From Psilocybe cubensis (taxonomy: Eukaryota), in contig CM038999.1 in assembly GCA_017499595.2 (NCBI GenBank), positions 620,001 through 684,000 of the forward strand: DNA of 64,000 bases, in the 5' to 3' direction. Under the pieces are notes generated by a model. The model was not told where the DNA came from, did not search any database, and saw only the letters and a program-made list of their open reading frames with translations. This document shows, in pieces, positions 1 through 10,614 of this stretch. A program made the position numbers and the translations under genes. Position 1 is the stretch's first letter. The number at the start of each line of letters is the position of its first letter.

Positions 1-71
1 ATAATGACAGAAGTTTTCTGGGAAGAAGTATAAATTAACAGTTTTCTGATTATCCTACATTTTCGCGTGGT

Positions 72-1531
72 ATGGGCGATACACAATCATCCGGTGGTTC
101 TGAAAGATTCGTGTATGTATTTCAATGTTTATCGTTTATGTATCTGATCTAGTTTTAGATCGGCGAATGTCCAACTGAACGATGTGATAGCAGACAACTG
201 TAAGTTACTGCTTTTTCTGTATAGTGTCGTCGTCACCTGAATTTTTTTACGAGATGTTGCTATTAAGTTAATAAATTCCGGGTCCTCTGGAGAGGTATGG
301 CAATGTGAAAGTAGAAGCTGTGACCGTGTCGTTGCGATCAAAGTTATGTACACTGTTGGTGAGAGTGTACGTGCTGTACGCGCTGCGCACGTCTCTGCGT
401 TGGTAAAAGATTCTTCGTCTCTCGATGCCGGGTAATTTTTACTTTGTCTTTGAGTTGATTGGGTTACTTACTACAAGTCAGTTTTATTTGTGGCTTAACG
501 GATACTATCATTCACCTTCGTCATCCGTGTCTCGTATTCAATCTGTATGGTATGAACATCAAGGAAACGATAACACGGGAAAGTGTACTTCCCCTCCCCC
601 TGTTCCAAATCAAAGCTATAATGTGGCAGGTCTGTAATGGCATTGCATGTGGGTATTTTCGGTTTTGTGATGAGACTGTTACTCAAGATGTTGATGTTCG
701 TGTATATACAGTTCTACATAATACGTTGGATATAGCGCATACGGATATTAAGCCCGAAAATATAGTTCTTGTTGACGATCAAATGACAGTTGTTACCGAT
801 ATTAGTCCAGACGGTGCTTTTTATAATAAAGTGCGTTTCCCTTTTTGTTGGTTAGGTCGGCTACCGTGCTTAGATGTGAAGAGCGTCTTGTCTAACATAC
901 AGATCAAGATAATCGATCTTGAGGATTCTGTCACAGGCCCTCGTAACATTCATTTTGTTCCTGGTACAATTGGTTATCGTGCACCAGAAGTATATGGTGG
1001 TGAGTGCAGTTTTCATGTATAATCCTTACATTCTCAATATTTATATTGCTACAGGTGTTGGCTGGAGCTTCCCTGTGGACGTCTTTGCAATTGGCTGCTT
1101 AACATTTGAAATTTTCACTGGTTTGTCATTGTTTCCGAAGACCGATGATATTCGGGAGTATTTTTTCTGTCTGGAGAGGCTTGCGGGGCAATTTACCCCG
1201 AGTCAAGCTCAGGATGTTAGCGATATGCACCCTGCAGTATTCCGTACTAAAACCAAGGTTCCGAAGGTCCGTGGTGCTGCGATCAATACCAAAGTTCGCA
1301 ACAAGTTGTTGCGGCATGTGGCAGACGTCAAATGGTTCAAAGTGTGTTACCTCAAGTGTTAGTATATTGTTATTCGCATTTAATTGTATGTGTCAGAAAT
1401 CAATCAACCAATCAGACGCGATAGAGTTCATTTCTATGTGTACCGCAGTTGACCCTCACCGCAGACTCACTATCGAGTCAGCTCTCCGTCATCGGTTCTT
1501 CGTAAAATTTTATCGCGTTAAGTTGACCTAG
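72..1531 (+). CDS. Diverged CMGC (CLK/LAMMER-like) protein kinase, multi-exon
   Basis: Spliced reading gives NSGSSGEVW...VVAIK, HPCLVF, IAHTDIKPEN, IKIIDLED, GTIGYRAPE, WSFPVDVFAIGC and a LAMMER-position segment EYFFCLERLAG; GT-AG introns join the ORF-track pieces 459-1022, 919-1362 and 1106-1531. Confidence 0.85.
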
Positions 1532-1555
1532 ACTACTTCCCTGATGTATATAACC

Positions 1556-2130
1556 TAAATGGTAACATTTCGTTGTCTTCTACAGTATACTCCTGTCTTC
1601 TTTTTCTCGTTGTCATTTTTCTGGATTTTTGATACTGTTTGCGTGTCGTGTTAATGAATTCTATGACTTTGGTTGGCTCTCCAGAATTAGTCGATTTATT
1701 GGTCTCTACTTGGTTTTTGTCTGGTTCTATTTGCGTTCAATTCTGCGTATGGTTTGGTGTATTACTGTTTTACGTACCTCGCTTTTCTGAATCTGAAACG
1801 GTGCTCTGTGGAATCCTTTCTGGTTTATCAAAGACACTACTCGATGACTCGGGATTTATGTACGGTACACGTAAAACGTTTGCGGTAGATTGGATGTATT
1901 CCGATCTTCTGGTCGACTTGGTATCAATTCGGTCCTGCACTGTCTTTGTGTTTTCTCCGCCCTCTGGATATTTCTCACATGAGCAGCATGAACGACCTTA
2001 TATAGTGAAAAACATAAGAAGTTGATCCTGTTTGTGATGTGTTGTACATACGAGCTTTGAAATGGTCACTGAACTGGGATGGAATCGGTAGTATGATGAT
2101 ATCGTTTTCTTCTCGAGGAAAAAGTCTACA
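1556..2130 (-). CDS. Possible hypothetical multi-exon gene, convergent with the kinase (5' end unresolved)
   Basis: Open ~75-codon exon ending at a GTACGT donor (~1775) splices in frame to an exon EPDKNQVETNKS...RNVTI*; no homology recognised. Confidence 0.3.
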
Positions 2131-2655
2131 GGACGGAATGCATTCGGAGAACATTATGGTTGAAAGTTAGTGTGTCTATTTTTGTATTAGTCTCGCTTAA
2201 TGTTCACTGGAAAACTTATTATTACTGATCAGACAGACTCTCGTGAGGTCGATGGTCGGCTATGTTGCCGCGACATATTATACCAAAAGAGTTGACCTAT
2301 GTTACTTTTTTTGATTATAGTTTGGCTGTTGTCGATACGACCCTGACCAAGATTCGAGACTCCGTAGGGAGCGGGTTTCAAAGAAAACTTTGAAGACTGC
2401 GCCGGGTGTCATATAGTAGCTACGTAGATGGATACTAGCAGTGACATTGACATTGTATTACGAGGCTTTTTCTTTGTATGTCTTTAACGTGAGTAAGTCT
2501 TATACTATCGTTTTCACGTAATGACATTCATTCCATTGCTTTGTTAATATTGTGTACGTTTGACTGATATAGTAATATGATCTCGATAATTATGATATAT
2601 AAAGTTGGTGCACACGTAGAATGAATTCAAAACATTCCTTGTTCGTGGTAGTATT

Positions 2656-3785
2656 ATGTCTGTTCAACACGCTCAAGGCGATATGTACGTCGAACTCCCA
2701 TTGACTTGTGATCCATGTTTTTTTTTTTTCTCTCTCTTTTTAATTTTCTTTTGTCGCTCTCTGACTTACGATTCACTTGACTATTATAGTCCCTCATTTC
2801 GGCTGTTGGATGAACAAGAACTTCAGGCGCAGCACGAGAGCGATTTTATATTTGTCGCGCAGAGGCGGGCGTTCACTGCCTTTCTAAACTCTTTTGGTAA
2901 GAGTGTAACCAAACGACCCGTGAGTTCGTTATATTTTTACTGTTCTTCCAGTTTCCAATTGAATGAATATATAGGTTCGTCTACGCTTCGCGCCTTATTC
3001 TGTTGCGTTGAATACATTCCATGGAGATAATCCAAGTAACAATAAACAAGGACGTGATTTCTGTGTACGTTATAGTTATTGTCAGTATAGCGACTCGTTT
3101 TATTTACCAATGACTTTTTTTTTCAGGTGTCGTCTACACAATCTAAAAGTGTGAATCCCAATCTATCTCTTCCCTCTGATACAGTATGTTCTTGTGTTAA
3201 TTATTAGTGTCGATAATTTACAACATTTCATTTCTAGGTTTTTCCTGTATTCAGTAAGGATAATGGGAATGCACGCGACACGTTATCGCAGACTACCAAA
3301 ATAAACACAAAGCCCGTCCTCGGTTCACTATCGACAGCTTCGAACCCAGAGATCCAATTTTTTACAGCCACATCACCGGAGCTAGAGCACCCCGTAAACA
3401 AACAAATACAACTTGTACTTCGATTAAAATGGACATTTTTTCCAATGTTTATATAAATTTAAACACGAAAGTTGCCGAACTATTACGGTTTTGCCATAAA
3501 TCTGGGTCAGTTATTCATTCTGAGGGTACCTACCTCAACCGTCCCAGAGCACCCAACGAAGAAGGCTTGTGCCGATCTGTCAGTTTCGTTAGTGACATGA
3601 GCCACTTACCTTTCGTATCTGAGATGCATTTCAATGGCCCTGTTGATACAGACGTTACCAGAGTCGCCAAAGACCTGGTGATTTTTCAACCAGGTCTTGA
3701 CGTTGATCCTGGAATGGCTTCAGTCTCGCATTCGCAGTCTTTCATTTTAGATTTTGATAATGGCATTAATAGTCTTTCCATGTAA
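2656..3785 (+). CDS. Hypothetical multi-exon protein
   Basis: ORF pieces 2656-3030 and 3429-3785 linked by plausible short GT-AG introns; no domain recognised. Confidence 0.4.
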
Positions 3786-4122
3786 TTTCGGACATTCAAA
3801 ACAGACTTTTTGTTGTTCTGTACTAGTTTGGGTTACTCTTGAGAGATGATTCGATTTCAATTGGTTATCCTAGTTGAACCTATAAGAAATAACAATAAAA
3901 AGTATAGTATTCGTATTCTTGACCATCAAAGAATATTTTCGCATTTCAAATTGAGTCTAAATAGAGAGAAAAAGACAAGAAATTCATCATACACGGTCAT
4001 CAAATAGTACCATTACCGTACTTTTTTTTTTTTTTTTGCTATAATTTGGTCGGTGTCGATCGACTGATTGACACCCACAGGGAGAGAAATTTCCATATTT
4101 GGAAGTACACCTGCTGAGAAGG

Positions 4123-4195
4123 TATGTCCGGTTTTGCGGATTTGATACCCAAAAATCAACAGAATTCCGGACAAGCCCATAGAGGAGCTCCCCGG
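4123..4195. repeat. Solo terminal fragment related to the right end of the 31965-33365 element
   Basis: tgtccggttttgcggatttga...aattccggacaagcccatagaggagctccccgg aligns with tgtttggttttgcagatttga...aattccagacaagctcttaggaaagtttcccgg at ~33290-33359. Confidence 0.55.
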
Positions 4196-4936
4196 GGAGG
4201 GGAGAGCTTCAAAGTCAGACTCAAAAATTACGTAAATGATAGACCGTTGTAGATCATTTTCTTTGGTTTTCTCCGAGAATCATTGAATACGGTTTGATCG
4301 GTCTGGCGAGCATTTGCGTTTTCTCGTAAATCGAGAGAAGACAGCTAACACGGAGCCAGTAGTCATCTGAGTCCCGAGTCCTTTAGCTAAACTTTGATTT
4401 GTATACAGTCTGGTCAATTGAACGAATTTCGAGATGACTCTGATTTTACATAATCTGAGATTGGATGGAACAAAGTATCTAGTTCGTTGGCAGATCTTGC
4501 GTAGACTATTCAACGGCATGTTGAAGTATAAGTTACATGATGATTCTGATGGACTTTGTGTATGTATGGTAAACGGTGAGAAATGATGGTTGACGCCGAT
4601 GCGCTGACAGTATATAACCAAATGGATTATTACTATTGTTTCTTGATGGGCTATCCTGTTCTGTGGCGCACTAAACATATCGGGTTGTATGGCATCTGTG
4701 AAAGGCGATGAACGCACCATGCGAAGGTTCGGATATCCTTCGGTAGACGAGTTTGGAGTGCGGACGTTCCCATATACATAGACATTCCCGTCTACAAATA
4801 CAATTCTACAGTCATCGGGTACGTCGGTATATTCCAGGGTCACAAGATACGTCTACGGTAAATCAATTGATTGACGACACTTGCTCTGCATTTGATATAT
4901 TAAGCTCCAGTAAAACGTTTGTACAGTGACATTGTT

Positions 4937-7042
4937 ATGTCTAACAGCAAAAGTCGTGTGGTGTTTGGTGCGTATTTTATTGGAGTGCTCAAATCCTTTT
5001 CGTCTCATTTCTCTGTCCGTATTGGTGACCTGTAAGTTGGCAATGTGCCTTTTAACATGACAGAAGAACAAATTGTGATTATTTTCAAGGCTGTTGGTCA
5101 GGTTGTAGGATTTAGGTATCGTATTTCGTATTCTTGTTCGGGAGAGGTTACAACTAAACTCTATACACTCTTCTATACAGGCTCGCCTTCGACAGAGACA
5201 CAGAAAAACCAAAAGGTTATGGCTTTTGTGAATTTGCAGGTACTTCTATCTCGCTTCTTCCTGCCTATCAACACATATTATGTCTGATCTTTAAGTTTCT
5301 CTTTTATTCATTCCTACACTACTTAATGGGATGCGATTATATCAACTCTGTTGTCACGATTGTCTTGTATGTCTCAAATACACCCAAACGCGTGAGTGTC
5401 GAATTTCGAATTACTTAACTTACCCAGAATTAACCTCACTCCTCATATCCACGAATTACAACAATGTGCCGCATCCTTTTTCGAATGATACATTCTTTGT
5501 GAAACCCAATATATTTCAATGTGTGTACAACGCACTAATCATAACAAAAATCAAATCACGGCTTGTTCTTGGCTCGATTACCTCGAATACTGCGACCGTT
5601 ATGGTTATGTGTATACCCTATATCCATTGAAATCTCCTTGATGTGAAATCCTTTTACCCGCGCAATCAGTTATACTTTACTGTTATGTGCGTATCAAACT
5701 TTAATTCGCGACCCCATCCCGTTGTCCTTGTATATCAACACCGAAACTGCAAACTGCATTGTCTCTGCTTCAATATCTACCACACGTACGCGACACTTGT
5801 CTTTTCATGTCAAAGATCACGAGACTGCTCTTTTGGCTGTTCGTAATCTCAATAATACGGACTGCGGAGGTCGTTCATTGCGTGTCGATTTGGCCGATTT
5901 GGACCCTCTTCTGGAAGGAAAAACGACTGTTAGAGGCCGTATAATGGATAGGGGTTACACTGGGTCATCCGAATACCGTAGCCGAATGCATTTGGATGCA
6001 AATGACGGGGGTAAAGGGCAGTGGAATGACAATGATACATTTTTAGTGAATATCCCACCTGGGATAACCATCCCGAGTGGTGTTTCAGCACTTGACCACA
6101 TTAAATGGATCGTGGCTGAGTTACCGGAGAGTAAAGTTCGCGAGGCCCTGGCTCAGATGAAGGTGAGCAACGGAATTTGAGTTTCTGTTTTAACGTCATT
6201 GTTTGCGGTGTTTTGTATTGATTGGAACCTTTGTCTTTTTCATTTTCAGGCTTTCGTGATCACATATCCTGAAAAAGCTCGAACGCTGCTCATTAAGTAC
6301 CCACAGCTAGCCTACGCACTTTGCCATTCCCTCGTACTGAATCGATTTGTTGATCCAATTATGATTGAACGTATGCTCGCTTCCTCGCGACGACCCGCTG
6401 CGGCTGGTAGTTCTCTAACTCAATCTCCAATCGACCAAGGACCAACAGGTTCAGATAGCCAATACCCACTGTATACGCCATACTCCCCATTGCATGGCCT
6501 GCATTATTCCTCAAGTCAGTTGATGCCAACGACACGGGAGCAATCGTCGATTGCCGTAAAACCCCATGCGCATGCCCAATATCTCCTCCTTGAGTTACAT
6601 AGGATCTGCCACGACCCGTCGTTGTCGCCTTGTACCTCCCCACTTACACTTGTCGAACCTCCGTTAATAAAGCAGCAACAACAGCTTGCGCAAATAGCAA
6701 CGGCATTTGTGGAGATGGATCCAGAACAACAACGTGTGAGTGTTTGTTTACTGACAGGTTGTCTTATGTTTCCTCATGACTTGTTCCGTTTTACATGCAA
6801 TTTTCTCTATTCTTTTCAATTACACTGTTGTGGTTGTGAATGGGAATATTATAGGCTATATCGATAGTGTTGGGTATGACTCAGGAACATATCGACAACA
6901 TACCCGAACCTGCAAAGTCGCAGATTGTGCAGGTGGTACGTTGTGGTCCATATCCCTTTTTTTGAATGGTTCTGAACAAGCCCTCTTTTCCATTAAATTT
7001 TAGCGCAGTCACTACTTATCACTGGCGGGGAGAGCGACGTGA
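4937..7042 (+). CDS. RNA15: Rna15/CstF-64-like cleavage-polyadenylation factor (RRM, hinge, C-terminal domain), diverged
   Basis: Spliced: MSNSKSRVVF-VGNVPFNMTEEQ...[41 protein letters not shown]...RSLRVDLAD; hinge ALAQMK-AFVITYPEKARTLLIKYPQLAYAL; C-terminal VLGMTQEHIDNIP. Confidence 0.88.
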
Positions 7043-7515
7043 GTGTGTAATGTGGCACGACTTGGTTAGATCTATTGTTACCTTCTTTTGTTTTTACCCT
7101 CGTCAAGCCTGACGATACAAATGTTTCACTTTCACTGCTGGCGCTCATCAATTTTTACGTCGTAAAAACGATATGTGAAAATGATAATAATATACCGTTC
7201 GCCTTTATTTTCGTGCTCGCCAGCCGGCTCGCCCACCTCATCACTTAATATTTTTTATAAAAAAACTATATTATGTATTCATTTTCCTTTCTTACAATAA
7301 TCTTCGAACCCTTTTATACATTTATCAATATCTTCCTGAATGCGTCTGAGTGCAACCAATGTCTGATGTCCCATTTTGCACTTTTCTATTTCGGCCAGAT
7401 AAAGCCTATGTGCTGCGTCCTGTTACGAAATGTCAAGCAATTCTTGAAGAGCTATGACATCGGCATGTAGCCCTAATTGCGCCAAATCCTGAGTGCCAAT
7501 AGCCTTTCAGATATG

Positions 7516-7881
7516 TCCAATTTTAAAATCTGTATAGAAAAGCGGATGCTTACAGAAGGTTTGGTGGGAGAAGTAAATGTGCCTCCTTTATGGGATGCGG
7601 CGGTCTCCATATGTGTGTTTTCTTCCTTTTCAAATGCGAAAGTCAGTACAATAGACACAGGACAAGATGAGTATATAGTACCGATGCCATTGTCCTTTCT
7701 AAACCCATCCTTTTTTATGTTCATAGGATTCAAAAGAAAGAAAAAAAAAACGATTTATGTCTTCAACCAGATGGCAAGGCACCAAGTACTCTTGACCACC
7801 TGGACCACTAATCAACCTATAACCTCTCGGAACTGGTGAAATCAAGATGACACTAGTAGTAGGAGTTTTTTGAGGAGGCAT
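7516..7881 (+). repeat. Inverted repeat, copy 1 (partner 21761-22157)
   Basis: Reverse complement aligns end to end with 21761-22157; differences are scattered substitutions and the length of an internal A-tract. Confidence 0.95.
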
Positions 7882-8039
7882 GTCAACCAGACAATCGACC
7901 TTACAAATTGATTGAGCAGTGCAGAGTCAATGCTGATCGAGCATGCCGGCGTCAGCCGCGAGAAAATCATTTTAGCTTGTCAGACATTACAATTCTATCT
8001 TTCCGCTACGATACAACCTCAAATCCAAATCCTTCCATA

Positions 8040-10539
8040 ATGTCTGAATCCACTGAGCTCCAATCTATCCATAATCTATCAACGTTCCAGGAGGCGATAA
8101 AGATACTTGATCAAAAAATTCGGAAGAGCCTTGTCGATGGTGATGTTGCTAAAGTTATGGATTCGCACTTGGAAACAGCAGTGAGTTATATTCTTTTTAC
8201 ATGTTGACCATACACCGAGACAACAATTTAGAAAGCGGTTGCCACAACCTGCGGTCGCTTCAAGGAGGAAAAAGAAAAGCCCCAGTATAACTTCCTTTTC
8301 GCCTTTCTGAGTGCTTATGGACACGCTTTCCGCAAGAGAGAGCATCGCAGCCACGAGTTTCTTGAATACTGCCAAAATCTGCAACGTGAGATCGATGATC
8401 CGCACGATGAACCAGTACAGAAGCCCACATTAGAAGGCAAGGATGACCAGCATTCAGAAGTGCACGTTCGCCAAAATGTGGATGGCGAGGGCAGCCGAAT
8501 TCGCCAAGACTCTGAGGGTCCAAGACGCACGACAAGAAAGTCTCGACACCAAGTCGCCAATAAGCGCTTGCGGTCTAGTAGCGCTGAGAAAACCAAGACA
8601 GTCGCAGAGACAATCGTCAACGACAGTGCAAACCATTCCGCACTCATTAGAGAACCGTCACCTCCACTTAAGAAACGTCGAGTGCAACAGGCCAGGCAAG
8701 CCAGCCCCGAACTTCCACCACCAAAAACACTTGTATCTATTGAAAACTCAAGCGACAACAATAACGAAGATGGATATGTTCCATCAGATATTCCCTCTAA
8801 TATCAATCCGCCAGACACTCGTGTTATAGCACCTGCACCCTCGTCGGACACTTCATCTGGAAAACGAATCACACGAGCCATGGCAGCAGTAGCAAAGGGT
8901 CCAACGTCTACTGAAAACTTTGGTCGCAAACTTACTCCAGAACCCGCCCCACATTCCAACGTTAAAACGAACATAAAGGTGCAAGGCCGCTCTGAAACAA
9001 AGCAGGATTGCACACCTCCTGTTCCAACCAACTATGTCCATCTCCAACCCTGCGCTCAGTGCGCAGATCGCAATATTAATTGCCATGTCACATATAAAGG
9101 GTACTCTTGCTTTTATTGTGGTTCGCATCGGGTTCGCTGTGACAATCGAGGGGATACTATTGTGAGGAGGCTGCCTGAGGCGAACGAAGATATCACAGGT
9201 CCTGTTGAAGAAGCTAGAAAACATGGAAAACCATTGCATCGCCAAAAAAGGCCTAAACGCAAAACCGGCTCACCTGAACCAGATGAAAATTGTGGCCATC
9301 ACGACCCTCAACATCACTCGCCGGCGCTGAGAGATCCAAAGCACAGCAATGGAAAGCAACCTATATCCGAGCAGACCGCAGACCTCAATTCTTCCCAAAC
9401 CAACCAAGACAAACATCCTATGGGTAAGGTACATTATCAGTTTGTCTACACTGAGGCTAAGATCAAAACAGAGAACGTACTCAAATCATGGGAAGCCATA
9501 CCAAGGTACACCGCACCACCCAAAGCATCGTCTAGCTCACTTCCTCCCGAGAAATCTGCGAGAGCGGCTAAAGACATTGGTAAAAATTCATCCAGTATTA
9601 TGCAAATTGTATGCTTACATCTTTGTAGAAGAATTTGCCAGGAATTGGGAAGCATGGGTGGCAGAAGATATGGCGCGAAGTGAAGCTCGTGCTCCAGCAG
9701 GCCCACTACCTACACGGCCGACATATATTCGCAATTGGGAAGACAACAAAGCAGATGCAGATAATGAAGCTTACCCTAATGAAGATCGCCTGGCCCGATT
9801 AGAGAAGAATATCACTAAGATGAACAAAGTCATGAAGCGAATCGACAAGCAATTGGCTAATCACGACCATGGCTTCGACTATATTGCAGCGAAAATGGCG
9901 TTTTCCATGGCTGCTATAGACATGCTCTCAAACAAATTCGAAGTCCTGCATTCCTATCATAGTGATGTCCTTCATAAATTAGTCGGTGTTGAAATAACGA
10001 TGGAGAACATGCACGATGATACCTACCACAGAGGGGAAGAAGGTCCCTGCCCATTTCGCCGCGGGAGTACAAAGGACCAAGGAATTCAAACTGACTCTCA
10101 AACCAAAATTCTTGACAGCAAAGGACTTTTCTCTAAGTCTTCGGGCAAGGTTGGTGATGAAACCGGGATTGGCGAGAATGGCGAAGAGAGCGAGAACGGC
10201 GAAGAGGGCGAGAACGGCGAAGAGAACGAGAACGGCGAAGAGGGAGAGAACGGCGAAGAGAACGAGAACGGCGAAGAGGGCGAGAACGGCGAAGAGAACG
10301 AGAACGGGGAAGAGAACGAGAACGGGGAAGAGAACGAGAACGGCGAAGAAGGCGAGAAGGGCGGACAGGACGAACAGGGCGAGAAATTTGGTGATAAGGA
10401 TTCGGATTCCTCGGCGGAGATTGATGCTGATAAGATGCCCTACATTCCTGTTCATTCGCGGGAAAAGTTAGAAGCCAGCCAACACCAGTGGTATGGAGGT
10501 ACTTCAGATCAACCCATTGACATTGACTTTTGTTTGTAA
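8040..10539 (+). CDS. Hypothetical protein with a Zn-cluster-like 6-Cys motif, coiled coil and acidic ENGEE repeats
   Basis: CAQCADRNINCHVTYKGYSCFYCGSHRVRC (Cx2Cx6Cx8Cx2Cx6C); exons 8040-8180, 8232-~9423, then spliced into the 9349-10539 frame; LARLEKNITKMNKVMKRIDKQL heptads. Confidence 0.7.
10174..10360 (+). repeat. Coding 18-bp tandem repeat (GAGAACGGCGAAGAGRRC, ENGEEx), about 10 units
   Basis: Directly visible tandem units. Confidence 0.95.
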
Positions 10540-10614
10540 TCTATCTATTATCGTGCAACAAGCAATCGATGTGCTAAGACGCACGGGTGAGCGTTCCTCA
10601 CCTTTCTACACTAG
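10540..10614 (+). mobile_element. 75-bp Helitron-like unit (TC...hairpin...CTAG), copy 1
   Basis: Starts A|TCTATCT, contains the GGTGAG-cgttc-CTCACC hairpin, ends CTAG; second copy at 26485-26559 on the minus strand. Confidence 0.5.

Noticed and set aside
4280..4843. 187-aa minus-strand ORF divergent from RNA15
   Set aside because: May include a real exon, but no consistent gene model or homology could be supported
9979..10471. Hydrophobic (VLFAVL)n and basic (RTAKR)n ORFs
   Set aside because: Alternative frames of the 18-bp ENGEE repeat
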